Assembly: GCA_951406725.2 (NCBI GenBank)
Contig: OX597818.1
Location: 23,126,001 to 23,190,000 of the forward strand
Direction of reading: 5' to 3'
Length of the DNA: 64,000 nucleotides
Source: Octopus vulgaris
Taxonomy: Eukaryota
Shown here: in pieces, positions 23,939 to 37,332 of the stretch
How the letters are laid out: the number at the start of each line of letters is the position of its first letter
Numbering within the stretch: position 1 is the stretch's first letter
Notes under the pieces: model-generated
What the model was told of the DNA's origin: nothing
The model's database searches: none
What the model saw: the letters and a program-made list of their open reading frames with translations, nothing else
Made by a program: the position numbers and the translations under genes

Positions 23939-23982
23939 TGTATGTATGTATGTATGTGTGTATGTGTATGTATGTTTGTATG

Positions 23983-24037
<55 letters not shown>

Positions 24038-24243
24038 TTTCACTACCAGTGACCTAGCATGTATAAAAAGTCAATAGACAACATATTTTCCATATGAAAT
24101 TAGTGTACATTTAAGCACAAAAGAGGCGACCCTTAACAGGCAGCCTTACATGCTAGAAGAATTTTGGACGTTTTGACTGCTCCTTCTAGCATGCAAGGTT
24201 GCCTGTTAAGGGTTGTCTCTTTTGTGTTTAAATGTACACTTAT

Positions 24244-24288
<45 letters not shown>

Positions 24289-24502
24289 TATAATATAAAT
24301 AATATATAAATATATGCATACATATATGTACATAGCTACATATATATATATATATATACATGCATATATGGGTACAGGACATCAATAAAACATGGAACAC
24401 AATGAGAAACGAAAACATAAAAACAAGAACATAGAAACGAACTTTTTTTCGAACAACGAAAAAAACAAACGGAGAAACGAGACATACAACATAAAGAATT
24501 TT

Positions 24503-24578
24503 CCCTTCTTCAGTTGTCCCTGTTTCAGCTACTCCGCTTTTTCGAAGGCAAAGACAAGACGCAACTTCAATGAAACAA
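24503..24578 (-). ncRNA. Hammerhead-like ribozyme, non-circularly permuted, copy C (stem III damaged)
   Basis: UUGCGU-C-UUGUCUU ... CUUC-GAA-AAAGCGG ... GGGACAA-CUGAAGA-A-GGG; 7-bp stem I. Confidence 0.55.
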
Positions 24579-24621
24579 TCCTTCCCGCAAATCAAATTAA
24601 AGAACGTAAAGATGGATGAAA

Positions 24622-24798
24622 TACCTATTTCTTTACTACCCACAAGGGGCTAAACACAGAGAGGACAAACAAGGACAGACAAACGGATTAAGTCGATTAC
24701 ATCGACCCCAGTGCGTAACTCGTACTTAATTTATCGACCCCGAAAGGATGAAAGGCAAAGTCGAACTCGGCAGAATTTGAACTCAGACTGTAACGGCA
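24622..24798 (-). mobile_element. SINE family B, 5'-truncated
   Basis: Reverse complement of 46390-46600. Confidence 0.85.
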
Positions 24799-25414
24799 GT
24801 ACCCGTGGAAATTCCACGGTAAATACGAAATTTTTTAGGTGGTTATAAGTTTATACAGTCATAAAAATTAGTTCCTTTATAAACTGTATATTCTGTATTA
24901 TTTTCATTTAAAAACACTTTTCACTTGGATAAAGTTGTAATTGAAGGAGCATGATTTTTCTCTCACCATTTCAGAGATTCATTTATAAATCTAAGAGCTT
25001 CACGATAATTACAGAGAATATTCATGTCATTCACATTGTAACATTCGACCATATGTTTATAGTTTTTTTGATGTTCTCTCTCATTTTCATTTTACATTCT
25101 GTCTTGAATACGTTCTCTTATCTGTTGTAAATATTCACTCTATACTCTTTGATGCTCCCGTGCTTGTTCTAATGATTTGTCCCACTGCTTCTCTTTATGT
25201 TGTTGCTAATACCATCTCATTCTTTCTCTTGTTAGGTTACATCGTCTGTCATCCATAATGTATAAACAAATTTCGTTTTTCAAGCGAGCAGACGATAAAT
25301 AATTGCACTTGTGCACATGCGTTAAGTGACAGGCGATATATAAAAAAATTAGTTTAATTTTAAAAATGCAAGGGAGATAACGATTTAGATATACTTATGT
25401 CACCTCAACATAGA
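24797..25414 (-). mobile_element. Putative non-autonomous Helitron
   Basis: 3' hairpin CCGTGGAAATTCCACGG (~24802-24819) with the CTAG replaced by the adjacent SINE; candidate A|TC 5' end at 25414. Confidence 0.45.
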
Positions 25415-25584
25415 TCTTTGTATTTATTTTGAAATTCCATATAGTATCGCGTAATCTTCTGGATTCTCATCCAAAACAGAGATTAGTACCAACATTCCCA
25501 AGTGGTTCGCGTGAATAAATGTGGAGATCTCTTCTATACGAAACCATTTGTTGCCTTGATAATCCACAAATAAAGCATATATAC

Positions 25585-25616
<32 letters not shown>

Positions 25617-25636
25617 TTGTGTGTGTGTGTGTATGC

Positions 25637-25669
<33 letters not shown>

Positions 25670-26104
25670 TGTATGTATGTATGTATGTATGTATGTGGCG
25701 ATCCTTCGGTATACGTACCGTAAGTACCGGCAGTGGCTTTGTTTACATTTCTGAAGATAACAGAAACCCTTTTCTCCCACCCCTAACCCTAACACAAACC
25801 CTAACCCCCTCCCCCATATATATATATAAAAAAAAACTTCCAAACACTGCTGCTAACAGACAACTGAATGTCATAAACACAGCGACCTATATTGCCCGAT
25901 TGCACATAGAATGGCGAAAGTGAACGGATAACTGAAACTAACAGCTTGTTGTCTGACTGACAATGAAAAATATTGCTCAAGGCAAAAGAGATTTGCACAA
26001 ATTGTCAACTTGTACAAATAAAACCTACAATATCAGCTACGCATAAACGAATATTTTCTCTAGCGAAACAATCAGACATATCTTTCGATATATATATATA
26101 TATA

Positions 26105-26421
26105 TCACCGTGATCACCGTGATCACCGTGACCGACCAGGTTATCAGATGTTGTTACACATCGCTGGTCACAATGCGCTTCGCATTGTTTTAGCCTTCAA
26201 ATGACGCCACCCCGCTGGCTAAGCGAGCAGGCCAACAGAAGAAAGAGTGAGAGAAAGTTGTGGCGAAAGAGTACAGCAGGGGTCGCCACCACCCTCTGCC
26301 GGAGCCTCGTGGAGCTTTAGGTGTTTTCGCTCAATAAACACTCACAACGCTCGGTCTGGGAATCGAAACCGCGATCCTACGACCGCGAGTCCGCTGCCCT
26401 AACCACTAGGCCATTGCGCCT

Positions 26422-26424
<3 letters not shown>
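26105..26424 (-). mobile_element. tRNA-derived SINE family C, tail type 1 (CACGGTGAT repeats)
   Basis: GGAGGCGCAATGGCCTAGTGG A-box and GGTTTCGATTCC B-box; partial plus-strand copy at ~39228-39390. Confidence 0.85.
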
Positions 26425-26495
<71 letters not shown>

Positions 26496-26619
26496 TGTAT
26501 ATTGAAGAGTTACAAAAAACGTCCGCAAGTAAAATAACTTCAGTTAAAAAGCCTTTACTCCTGTGAATATCTGAAAGCTCTGTGTCTCTAATCTCTTAAA
26601 CGGTGAAGAGAAAGATATG

Positions 26620-27060
26620 CTATCATATGCGTATGGAAACATATTGTTGAAGGCCGATAGGCGCTCGCTATGAAAAAACTCAAGTGACAATGCTGAATAG
26701 GAGTTGCTTTATTTATATAGTATCATAGAATGGAAGAGTCAAGGTTCCCACGCCTAGTCTTATTCAGTGAGTTCCCTTCAAGGAAAACAACATCTTCGAA
26801 GATGCAAGGACCATCTCAAAGCAACCCTGAAAGACCCAGGGATTAAATCTAAATTGTTTGAAACATAAGTCCGAGAGCGTAGCAAGTGGCGATGTTCCAT
26901 CACAATTAGAACCAAAAACTTCGAAGCCACCAGAAGAGAAAAAAAGAAATCAAACGACAAGAGAGAAAGGCTCGACAAAATAAACATCGTCCTCCACCAA
27001 CATTACCATGTAGTCAATGCCATCGACTTTTCTATGCAAGAATTGCTCTACTTAGTTATC
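26620..27060 (+). mobile_element. Degenerate RTE-clade LINE 3' fragment
   Basis: Broken frames read RMEESRFPRLVLFSE...CKDHLKATLK...RERSKWR, typical of the RTE ORF C-terminus. Confidence 0.65.
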
Positions 27061-27880
27061 AATAAAGCGTTCAGCAAAGAAGTTGAATTCTTGGATACGA
27101 GATAAAGCCGACGTCGGATCATATGTTGTCAAATAAGTTCAGAGACTGAGAAAAAGCTATATATACGTTCAATGCCTCGTTTTCATGATATATAAATATA
27201 ATGAAATTATGGAATTTCACTTTCATCACAGTTTTCTATCGCCTTTTCAGGCCACTAAACTACATATTTAACCTCTTTTGTATTTTTAGCGAAAGATATG
27301 TCTGATTGTTTCCCTAGAGAAAATATTCGTTTATGCGTAGCAGATATTGTAGGTTTTATTTGTACAAGTTGACAATTTGTGCAAATCTCTTTTGCCTTGA
27401 GCAATATTTTTCATTGTCAGTCAGACAACAAACTGTTAGTTTCAGTTATCCGTTCACTTTCGCCATTCTATGTGCAATCGGGCAATATAGGTCGCTGTGT
27501 TTATGACATTCAGTTGTCTGTTAGCAGCAGTGTTTGGAAGTTTTATTTGTCATTGCCTCATTTCTATATCGTGTCCAGCTTGACTTCAATTGTCAGAAAT
27601 TGAGCTATGAAAGAACTGATATTGTTATTTAGCCGCAGGTCAAATCTGATCGAAGCACACCCAGTTTTGATAAGAGTATCTAGGACTATAATATTTAATG
27701 TCCTGGATAGACTTTAAACTGCGTCAGATAGTTGGACCCTGGTTCGAGAGTTCCAGAGTTTTGAAGCGTGTGGAACCATTGTTAGTTACTGTTGTCTCTA
27801 GGTGAACTCTATCTGGGAGTAACAGCTCGTATCAGGAGTAACAGCACGTATCAGAGTCCTAGATTTGGGTTAAATAGCAT

Positions 27881-28110
27881 GTTAAGTTAAGTTAAGTTAA
27901 GTTAATTTTTTTGGCTCAAAAAGCAAAAGCAAGGCCATGTAGGGGGACATGGAGTTCTGTACAGGGAGGGTGTTCATGCAAAGAGTTCAGGCCATTTCTG
28001 GTCAAGAGAGTCTTTGAACCGAGCGGTCGTCGGCATCTTCACTACCTCGTCCGGCAGCTTATTCCACGGATCCGCAACCCGGACGGAGAAAGCCCCTCTC
28101 CTTCGATTGT
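27881..28110 (-). mobile_element. CR1-clade LINE 3' end with (TTAAC)n tail
   Basis: Minus frame reads AFSVRVADPWNKLPDEVVKMPTTARFKDSLDQKW*. Confidence 0.8.
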
Positions 28111-29278
28111 AACTACCCGAACCTGGGTATGTTGAAATCATGGGATGCAGTATGGGGGATGTGAACTATTTCAGCAAATGAGCGGATAGACAAACAACTG
28201 CCAACGGCCAGGATCAACAAGCTCAGTAACCGAACTACTGATATTATCTGTTGTCGTGGCGTGCGCAGACGAGATGTTCAGCTAGAAAAAGACCGAAGTG
28301 ACACTAATCCTGGCCAGACGTTCATGCCGCATCGATCGATCGGGACATCTAACGTGGAAGAGTTTCATTGGTCACCAACAGAGTTGATTTGAGGGAGATT
28401 TGTTAGTTAATTGTAGCAGAGTCATCATTGATTCGAAAGAGTTAATGTCAATGCCAATGTCATTGATATATCTTTCGTCAATAATATTGATTTCTGATGA
28501 GATGTTAACTTTGCTGATAGCTATTAAAAGTTATATCTCCTGAAATAAATTTACCTAGTAACTTGACTGATAAAATATTGGTTGATAGAAGAGATTATTG
28601 TGTCTACGACCAGTGGTTAGAAAGTGTACCGCCTGGGGAGCTCCTAAGTTTTTTACCCTCCTTGGGCCTTCAAGTCTTCACAGACTTATACAATAGACCA
28701 AAAAGTTCCTCACTCCTACTAAAAAAAAAAGCGTCGCCCAGGGTGGATCTCTCCTCTCACCAACTTCGCTACTATCTACAACTTCAAAACGTACATATCA
28801 GTAACGGTATATGCTAATGGTGGATGAGGGAAATAAATCTTCATCAAACTCCATTTCAAAGTTATTTTCCTCCTTAGTTGTTTTTCGAAATGGTTTCTTC
28901 CAATCTTCCGCACAATATAGTCGAAGACAATATCAAAATGTATGTTCATTATTCTTATCTTTCGAACTTTGTTTAGTTATGTCCCAGTTCCCAGTTCATG
29001 TGTTGGCAACATTCTAATTGTTTTCAGGAAGTTTGACAAATTATTTGCATGCAAGAACAAAAATAGGCAAACCATTTCTCAAATAAAAAAAATTAGAAAT
29101 TCAACATCTCCATTTGAGAGAATAGCATCCACGTATACAACTCCGAGTATAAGCATACAACTGTGACAGCAAGTACTTTTACCAAAATTCGAGTAGAACT
29201 GAATATTAACAAGAATTCGTTGAAGCCAAGCAAAACATGCTGATCATCTAGTTGCACAAAATGTTATTATACAACTTG

Positions 29279-29828
29279 GGGAAAGACATCCGTCCCCACC
29301 CCATTTTCTCCCAAATTTGCTTATTCAAAATTGTTTTGTCAAAAATCCCTGTTTTCGGATACGGAGGTTCCGGAAAATTGCCCAAAATCGGCATTGTGAA
29401 AATCCCCCCTTCCTCCAACTTCTTCAATTTTGACTTTTTTCCGCAACACTAACCCTAAAACCCCAACCCTAATCCTAAAACCGTAACCATAAGTACAGAA
29501 ATGTTTTGAAATGTTTGTTCGAATCCTGATGTCCGTATTTTCCCCCATATTTAGAAAAGAAAAAATTCTTTTTAAAAAATTTTACAAAGATTTTTGGAAA
29601 TTTATTCAGAATCATAATCTCCGTAATTTTCCGCATATTTTGAAGAAAAAAAAATTCTGAAAAAAGTTTAAAATGAAGGAAATGGGGGTGAGAGGATGGT
29701 AATTTAGAAATGTTGATTTTTGCCAATTTTTTTCGAGATTCGTATTCCCCGTAGCCGAAAGGGGGAGGGTGACAAAAAAATTTTTTTTTAAAGGGTGGTT
29801 TTTGCTGGGGACGGGCGGAAGTCTTGCC
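29279..29828. mobile_element. TIR MITE with internal CCCTAA-like repeats
   Basis: Imperfect TIRs GGAAAGACATCCGTCC / GGGCGGAAGTCTTGCC; degenerate TSD CAACTTG/CTACTTG. Confidence 0.55.
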
Positions 29829-30578
29829 CTACTTGGCATCAGCTTTTATTTAAGACGCATGATTTTTTTCTTCGTTTTTCAACTTAATAAAATTCTCTCT
29901 ATTTGGTGAATTCTTCTTGGTACTCGTAGCTTACTTAGCGCTCAACCATAAGGAATGTACTTAACAGTGTTACTAAAGCTTCCGGTTTCAGTCCTTCCAA
30001 ACGTTTGGCTCCTACGGGTTTTCTCCAAGCTTAATGTTCACTCCATCAAAGAAACATTCCTCTACCTTTCCATGAATATATTTGTAATCTTATGAATGCA
30101 TCTTGTACATCTTATACCTGACAAGCAATAAAAACTTTTAAAAAAGTTTCTCATTGTCTATCAAGCATTTATTGACTTACCGTACACATAAATTAAATTG
30201 TTCTTAGTTAGACTCAGCGGTATTTTCTGACTGTATCTTGCTGTTCACAGCGTGAGCTCTTTTACATCATGTAAATATTCTTTCCGCATAAAGAAATAAC
30301 TCATATCTGAAAGAGTTAAACTAATAAGCTAAAACAGATGATAGTTCTTAGGAATAAAGGCAATCTTATTACGTTCCATAAAAAAATTAATTCAAAACGA
30401 AAATTACTTGACCTACTTAATTTCTACAAATATGTGTAATACGCACAAATGGAATGTAAAACAACAACTGATTTAAAATATACTTCTTTGCGATGATTTA
30501 CTATTATTTTTTATGTGTAGTTGTGAAATAGAGGTGTATGCACTCTCCCGATCTCTACGCCTCTGGAGTCCCTTATAT

Positions 30579-30670
30579 TTGTCTTCAGCTTTAGAATCTG
30601 ACGAGCCGTCCATGGGGTTAGGCCCTTCATGAATGTGAAACCATTGGTCACTCTACGACTGGACAGAGAC
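30579..30670 (+). ncRNA. Type I hammerhead ribozyme with intact core
   Basis: UAGAAU-CUGACGA-G-(long stem II including CAUGGGG/CUUCAUG)-U-GAA-ACC-auu-GGU-C-ACUCUA; predicted cleavage after 30649; ~100 bp upstream of a (TA)n tract. Confidence 0.72.
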
Positions 30671-30748
30671 TTAACTGCGTATAAATACATTACTGCTGTA
30701 TGCATTAGAGTGTGCTTTTTTTTGGAGGGGGGGGATATGACACATTGA

Positions 30749-30808
<60 letters not shown>

Positions 30809-31160
30809 TAAAAAACAAACATGGCGGAAAGGGACGGAACGAAGTGAAAATTCGAAAAATCGAAAATCTAAACGAACCCGACGCGAAGCGCTGTCAGACA
30901 ATAGTGTAATAAATAAAATATATGCATACATACAAACATATATGTACGTACCGACATCTACATGTATATATACATGCATATATAAATATATATACGTACA
31001 GGACACCACAAAAAGACGTAAAAATCAACAGAAACGGAAACGGAAAAGCCATTTTGTTACAACAGAAGGACAGAGACGTGGAACAGGACGAAAACGAAAA
31101 CGGGAAAAACATTATATACAGCAGAAAAATGAGGTACAGGACATGCTACACAAGGAAAAA

Positions 31161-31224
31161 TCCCATTCATCAGCTGCCACTATCAGACATAGCGTGTTTC
31201 GAAGGCAAGACAGGACACGTCTGG
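31161..31224 (-). ncRNA. Hammerhead-like ribozyme, non-circularly permuted, copy D
   Basis: CGUGU-C-CUGUC-uugc-CUUC-GAA-ACACG-(14 nt)-GGCAG-CUGAUGA-AUGGG; predicted cleavage after 31214; stem II weak. Confidence 0.65.
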
Positions 31225-31542
31225 TCATGCTACGAGATAATTAAAATAAAATAACCTCGCAGAGGGGTAAAACGAGCAAGAAAAAAATGTAACACAAAAA
31301 AGGACGTAACAAAGAACTGCACAAAAAAAAAATACAAGAAAAAAAAATACAAAAATAAAAGATACATGTACAAGAAAATACAAAACGAGAAATAAATTAC
31401 AATACGAGAAATCAAAATAAACAAGAAAACAAACGAAAAAGACGAACGAAGGCCTTTGTGCTGGCAGGGACGAGAGAGGTAACAGGCGAGCGCTGGGAAA
31501 CAATATATATATATATATCTGTAGCGTAGACTCTCTCCCATT

Positions 31543-31596
<54 letters not shown>

Positions 31597-31607
31597 GTTC
31601 ATTCGAC

Positions 31608-32348
31608 CGTAGCAGGGAACAGCTAGCCTTTGGTCGCTATTTGGATCCCGTTGTGTCCACTACACTGATTGGTTGGTATTGACGCAATTTATCTCTTACT
31701 TGATTGCGCCAGTTTGTCGCGTATAACCAGTCGGAGGCTCTAAATAGAATCGTGTGGGACAACCTATTTACTACCCTGTTTTTGAGCCTACAGTTCCTTA
31801 TAAAAACCCAGCTTCTTGTTTGGAAGTCTTTGGTTCCAGACCTTTAAAGGTCTAGCCACTGATCACAAAGACACAGCCAGTTCCAGCGACAACGCCAGAC
31901 AACCACCACCACAGCAGCTAGTTGAGACTCATCAACTTCGTCCAACAGCATTACGGCAACCTCCTTCTTCGTCGCCACCATCAAGTCCTTAACGTTGTCA
32001 ACATCATCTCCTTACGTACACAGCTCAGCAAGCAATTCACCCAGGTTTCAACACTTCACTGTTTGTGAATTACTTCACCATGGATCAGCAGCGAATATAC
32101 AACCTGCATGAACTCCTGTACCAAGTGATCCAGACTGCAGCATCCACAGCCATGACTTCATGTACAACATGTACCTGTAACCGGCTCAGCATCATGGCCG
32201 CGACTTCTTGATACAGTACTTCAGCTATCATGTACGACTAACTGCGAACTGGTATTATTCATCTTTCTTGTGTCTATGAACTTACTTCGATGGTTATAGA
32301 CTCTTTCATTGTCATTATCTTCATTGCCATCCTTAAATGTTCTTAACA
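31608..32348 (+). mobile_element. LTR-like interspersed repeat, family 2 (homologue ~54938-55389)
   Basis: Shared CGTAGCAGG start, TATAAAA and AGACCTT(T/C)AAAGGTCT hairpin; no TSD found. Confidence 0.45.
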
Positions 32349-32634
32349 CGCGCATACATCTATGCTTACATACACATACATTTTGTCCTCATGACGATCT
32401 GTCTATTATTCGGTATACATGACGCGCACACAGACACATGTAAACATATCGATAAATGTTCTTCTTAATCTTTCTTACGCGGTTGTGTCTTCTTTTTCCA
32501 TCTGGCAAGTAAATGGTTCTATCAATTTCTCTTTTATTGTAACAGCCGTGTGATGTACTGAAGAGCCATTCTCGTCACCTCATATCGCATGGCCTTACAA
32601 ATCTGTGTGTGTGCGTGCGTGCGTGCGTGCGTGC

Positions 32635-32730
<96 letters not shown>

Positions 32731-33049
32731 AAACTAGTGTAATACGGCGCACTGAGTTGCGCCCATTTACTCCAAAGGGTAATTTCACCGTTTGATAAAT
32801 AGGATTTGATAAAACTGGTAGACTCTGAAATAAGTATTGGGATTAATATAATCGAAAGTTATGCTACACCACAGCTGCAGTCCGATGACAGGAAACTAGT
32901 GAAATATTAAAGAAAGTAAATGTAAAAGACCTTGATTTTGCGTTTGAATCGATATTTTTCAGTGGTTCATTCTCAAAGAAATTCAGTTTTCGATGTATAT
33001 CTTTTCGTGTACCTAAACATTACAAGTGTGTCCTCGTTTCGCTCTTCTT

Positions 33050-34080
33050 CAGTCAACTCTCTGCAGGGTTAACAGTGTAACACGAAGCTTGGTCGAGATC
33101 CAATCAACCTAATTTTTGATACGCATGTAGTAGGTCATTGGGTATTATCCCGTTCATCTTATTGCTATTAACCTTGTTATCAACTTTTCATCTGCGATCA
33201 AGACAGAAAACATGGCTTTCAATGTTCTACCCGAGCTTCTTGACTAGCTACTTTATTAAATCACTTTCATAACTCTACAATTTAAGTAGACACAGAAAGT
33301 TCATCCTGGCAGTTAGTGTCCTATAACTTCACATTGATACAACTACAAAGGAGATGACATTTGAATTCCAGGCTAATTTTACCTAAGGTTATATATCTCT
33401 TCAACCGGAAATGACAAGGCCATCGTTCAGACAAGGTTACCTTATTCTCCTCTTTATATCCGTCATCACTATCACACAGCAGCCACATCACCAACTACTA
33501 CTACAAAGCTAATCGGTTAGCAACCTCTCTCACTAACATTCATACAAAGCTAATAAATATCTTGAGACGGATATGGTAGGTAGCATGAAACATCAGAAAT
33601 CTACATCCGCCGTACTTTTATGCGCCAAAGATGCAGATACAACATTTTAGATTTTTTCGCAAAACGAGCAGCCAGCATCATAAGGTGGGCCGCACTACTG
33701 AAAAAAATTCAAGGTAATTTTTAGATTTGAGAAAGCAGTATTATGTCATCTCATTCATCTTTCAACAGCCATGGAAAAATAATAAAGGAATAATAATAAT
33801 AGATAAAAACCGTTGCTCGTTATATTTGGTGTCCGAACATTCTTATTCCTTTATAAATATATTGGTCAATGTAGACTTAGATATACAAAAAAAAAACAGG
33901 ATGGTCATGACCTAGTGGTAGACCTAGAGCGAGGTGATTAGATAATATCCATACTCTAAGTTGGTCGAGTAGGAAAATGCAATGGAAATTGCTTCTTAGA
34001 ACTCTATAGACGAAGTACCTGAGGGCCCTACTCCAAAGACTCTATCAGGAATAGTGGGAAGAGAAGATGGATGAATGGAT
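33050..34080 (+). mobile_element. Highly degenerate RTE-like LINE RT fragment
   Basis: Remnant of the RQG..SP motif near 33428 and RTE-type 3' motifs; many frameshifts. Confidence 0.45.
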
Positions 34081-34113
34081 AAAAACTGGTAACGGTTTAA
34101 ACTGAATGTTATA

Positions 34114-34527
34114 TTTACTCTTTACTCTTTTTACTCTTTTACTTGTTTCAGTCATTTTGACTGCGGCCATGCTGGAGCACCGCCTTTAATCGAGCAACTC
34201 GACCCCGGGACTTATTCTTTTTGTAAGCCCAGTACTTATTCTATCGGTCTCTTTTGCCGAACCGCTAAGTAACGGGGACATAAACACACCAGCATCGGTT
34301 GTCAAGCGATTTTGGGGGGACAAACACAGACACACAAACAAACACACATACATACATATATATACGACAGGCTTCTTTCAGTTTCCGCCTACCAAATCCA
34401 CTCACAAGGCATTGGTCGGCCCGGGGCTATAGCAGAGGACACTTGCCCAAGATGCCACGCAGTGGGACTGAACCCGGAACCATGTGGTTGGTTAGCAAGC
34501 TACTTACCACACAGCCACTCCTGCGCC
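34114..34527 (-). mobile_element. SINE family A, best-preserved copy
   Basis: GGCGCAGGAGTGGCTGTGTGG A-box, GGTTCAGTCCC B-box, (AAAGAGT)n tail. Confidence 0.92.
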
Positions 34528-35206
34528 TATTATTCATATATCCAGAGTCAAACCAATATTTCCTTTTGGCAACTCGAGCTGAACTAAACAAACGAGTGAA
34601 TTTTGTGGTTAGAAGATCCGAAATTGGTTTAAGCCCTAAAAAAGAATGATGCTCAGAAATTGGGAATATTAAATATAAGCAGAAATGGAGGGACTGATGA
34701 ACATTTTTTTTTGTGCTGGGAAGTTTCTCGCTTTAGGTAAAAGAAAATACAGGAGAATCAGTTAACTATTACTTTATTCAACAAACTCCCCTCTCACATA
34801 CGTATTCACCTACTTATTGCAGCGCTTCTTCAGTTTTTCTAAGCCCCGTAGAAGAACTCGGAAGATTAGGCCTCCAGCCAGGCCTTTTGCGACACCCTTA
34901 AAGCCAGAAAATTTTCAGCACTCGCTCGTAAAATTCAACATCAGTGATAAACAATATTTTATTTATTCTGTGTAGAAATTTTCGTGCGAATCAATATTAG
35001 ATTTACTTCCATTTATACAGAAATCTATTCCCTCTATTTTTCACAACTGGTAAACATTACAGCGATTTGGGTATAAAGAGTGAAATCATATAACTAAAAT
35101 CTCATATTACAAGATCAACAGAAAATACTCTGGGAACAGGAATTTTAATGAATGTGTGTGTATGGCACACACACACACACATATATATTATACATATATA
35201 CATATA

Positions 35207-35910
35207 AGTAAAGGTTAGTTCTTCGTTGCTGTCAAGGGTCACCAGTTGTAACGGTTGTTGTTAAGATGTTGGTTGCCAGTATGCAAGATGGAAGAACAGT
35301 GATTGAAGTTGTAAAGAGATATTTATTTACCGTTACTTTGTATATGTCCAAAACCACGACGGGTTGGTATGTATAACTAGTAAATGGAAAAGCATGCGAG
35401 GTAAAAAGAGTTAATTTCGACCGGTATATGTACACGATCTCATAGTAGTTTATATAGAGATATGGTAATGTTACAGAGAAAAGAGAGTGAGTCGGTGAAA
35501 GTGAGGGTGGTGGGACGAAACAACTGCTTCGTTGGTGAGCTAACATAGTTGTCCCTTTGTGCCTTTTCCTTTAGTGGCGGCGTTTTGTTCAGCCGGTCAG
35601 GCAGACTCGGTTCTCACTAACTGACTTTGACGGAGTTCTTGCTTTTATAACTATCCAAAACCAGCCAGAAAAATAGACATATTGTTGAGAATCACAGATT
35701 TTGTTGGCGGTCCGTTATCTCTATCTAGAAGAGGTTAGAAGGGTCAAGTGGTAAAGACATCGCTCTGCTTAGCGAAGGCATCTGGCAAATGTAACTGCTG
35801 TCACTCACAGAAACACTATTGTTTTACCGCGAGAAAAGTGCTGTTGAAATGTTAAGTGAAATTTGGAAATCAAGGATCGAATCCACGCTATGTCTGCATG
35901 AACCACTACA
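35207..35910 (-). mobile_element. Solo LTR family 1
   Basis: Homology to 18975-19751; TSD TATA. Confidence 0.8.
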
Positions 35911-36119
35911 TATATATAATGTATGTATACACATATATATATAATATATGTATGTGTATGTACTACGTATGTATGTATGTATGTATGTATGTATGTATGT
36001 ATGTATGTATGTATGCATGCATGCGTGTATGTATGTATGTATGTATGTATGCATGCATGCATGTATGCATGCATGCATGTATGTATGTATGAATATATGT
36101 ATGTTTGTATGTACGTATG

Positions 36120-36872
36120 TGTTGCGGTTAAGATTGATTAGTAAACAATATTATGATTTGTCGGAGTCAGCAGCTGTGACGATAAAAATTTGTTGTTATA
36201 ACGACATGTTGTAGGATGTGAAAAATGAACAATGCATGAAGTTTTAAGAAAATATTTATTTATCGTTACGTTACAATACCTCGTCTCGATGGGCAGGTTA
36301 TGATAAATCCAAAAGCATGCGAAATAAAGTTTGTGTTTTTGTTCTCTTCATTGTTTAGTAGTAATTACAGAGAGAGTTAGAATGATGTTGTAAGAGAACA
36401 GAATTAGAGCCAATGAGAGTTGTAGGGTTGTGTGGGACGTTGTTTCACAGTTGATGACAGTAAACTTCATTTCTCTCTCTGACTAAGGTTCTAGCTGGTC
36501 AGCCAGATTTTGTGCTCACTGAGTTGTCACAGAAGTGACTAACTGGTTGAGTCATCACCGAAGTGACTGAACTATCTTTTTGCTTGGGGTTTATGCTTTT
36601 ATAACTATCCAGAAGGATAGAGATATCGTTGAGAACAATAGATTTAGTTGGTGATCTTGTTATCTCTATTCTAGCTTTTGGTTAAGTAGAAGAGGTTAGA
36701 AGGGTCAAGTGGTGAAGACATTATTTCTGCTTAACTAAAGGCAATCTGGCGAATGTAAAACTGCTGTTAAATAAAAAACATTGTTCCAACGTAAGAAAAG
36801 TTCTGTTGAAGTGTTAATTTAAATTTGGCTATGGTGGATCGAATCCACTTCGTGCTTGCAAGATTTGCTACA
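36120..36872 (-). mobile_element. Solo LTR family 1
   Basis: TG...CA termini; TSD TATG. Confidence 0.88.
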
Positions 36873-36926
36873 TATGTATGTTTAGGGGTTGTAAGCAGGA
36901 TAAATAGAACTCAAAACATGAGTGTG

Positions 36927-36963
<37 letters not shown>

Positions 36964-37253
36964 GCCTTTGATTAACAATCGGCAGACGTTTTACAGTGAC
37001 TCAAGAGTGGAAACTTTCGAGTTTTGGCACTTACCTTTTCTCTTTTTCTTGTTTCACTTATTAGACTGTGGCCATGCTGGGGCACCTCGAAGAATTTTAG
37101 TTGAACGAATCAACCCCAGTATTCATTTTTTTACAGTCTGCTACTTATTCTATCGATTTTTGGCCGAACCACTAAGTTACGTGGACATAAACACACAAAA
37201 ACTGGTTATCAAGTGGAATTGAGGGGACAATGACAGACAGAATGATGTACACA

Positions 37254-37332
<79 letters not shown>

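Larger units (their letters stand above)
25833..27544. repeat. Inverted duplication, ~255-bp arms (25833-26087 and 27290-27544)
   Basis: Reverse-complement identity with about three visible substitutions; ORFs 25801- and 27379+ share a peptide. Confidence 0.95.

Noticed and set aside
29445-29490. CCCTAA-like repeats (also ~25780 and ~49613) as telomere relics
   Set aside because: Short, degenerate and internal to TIR MITEs
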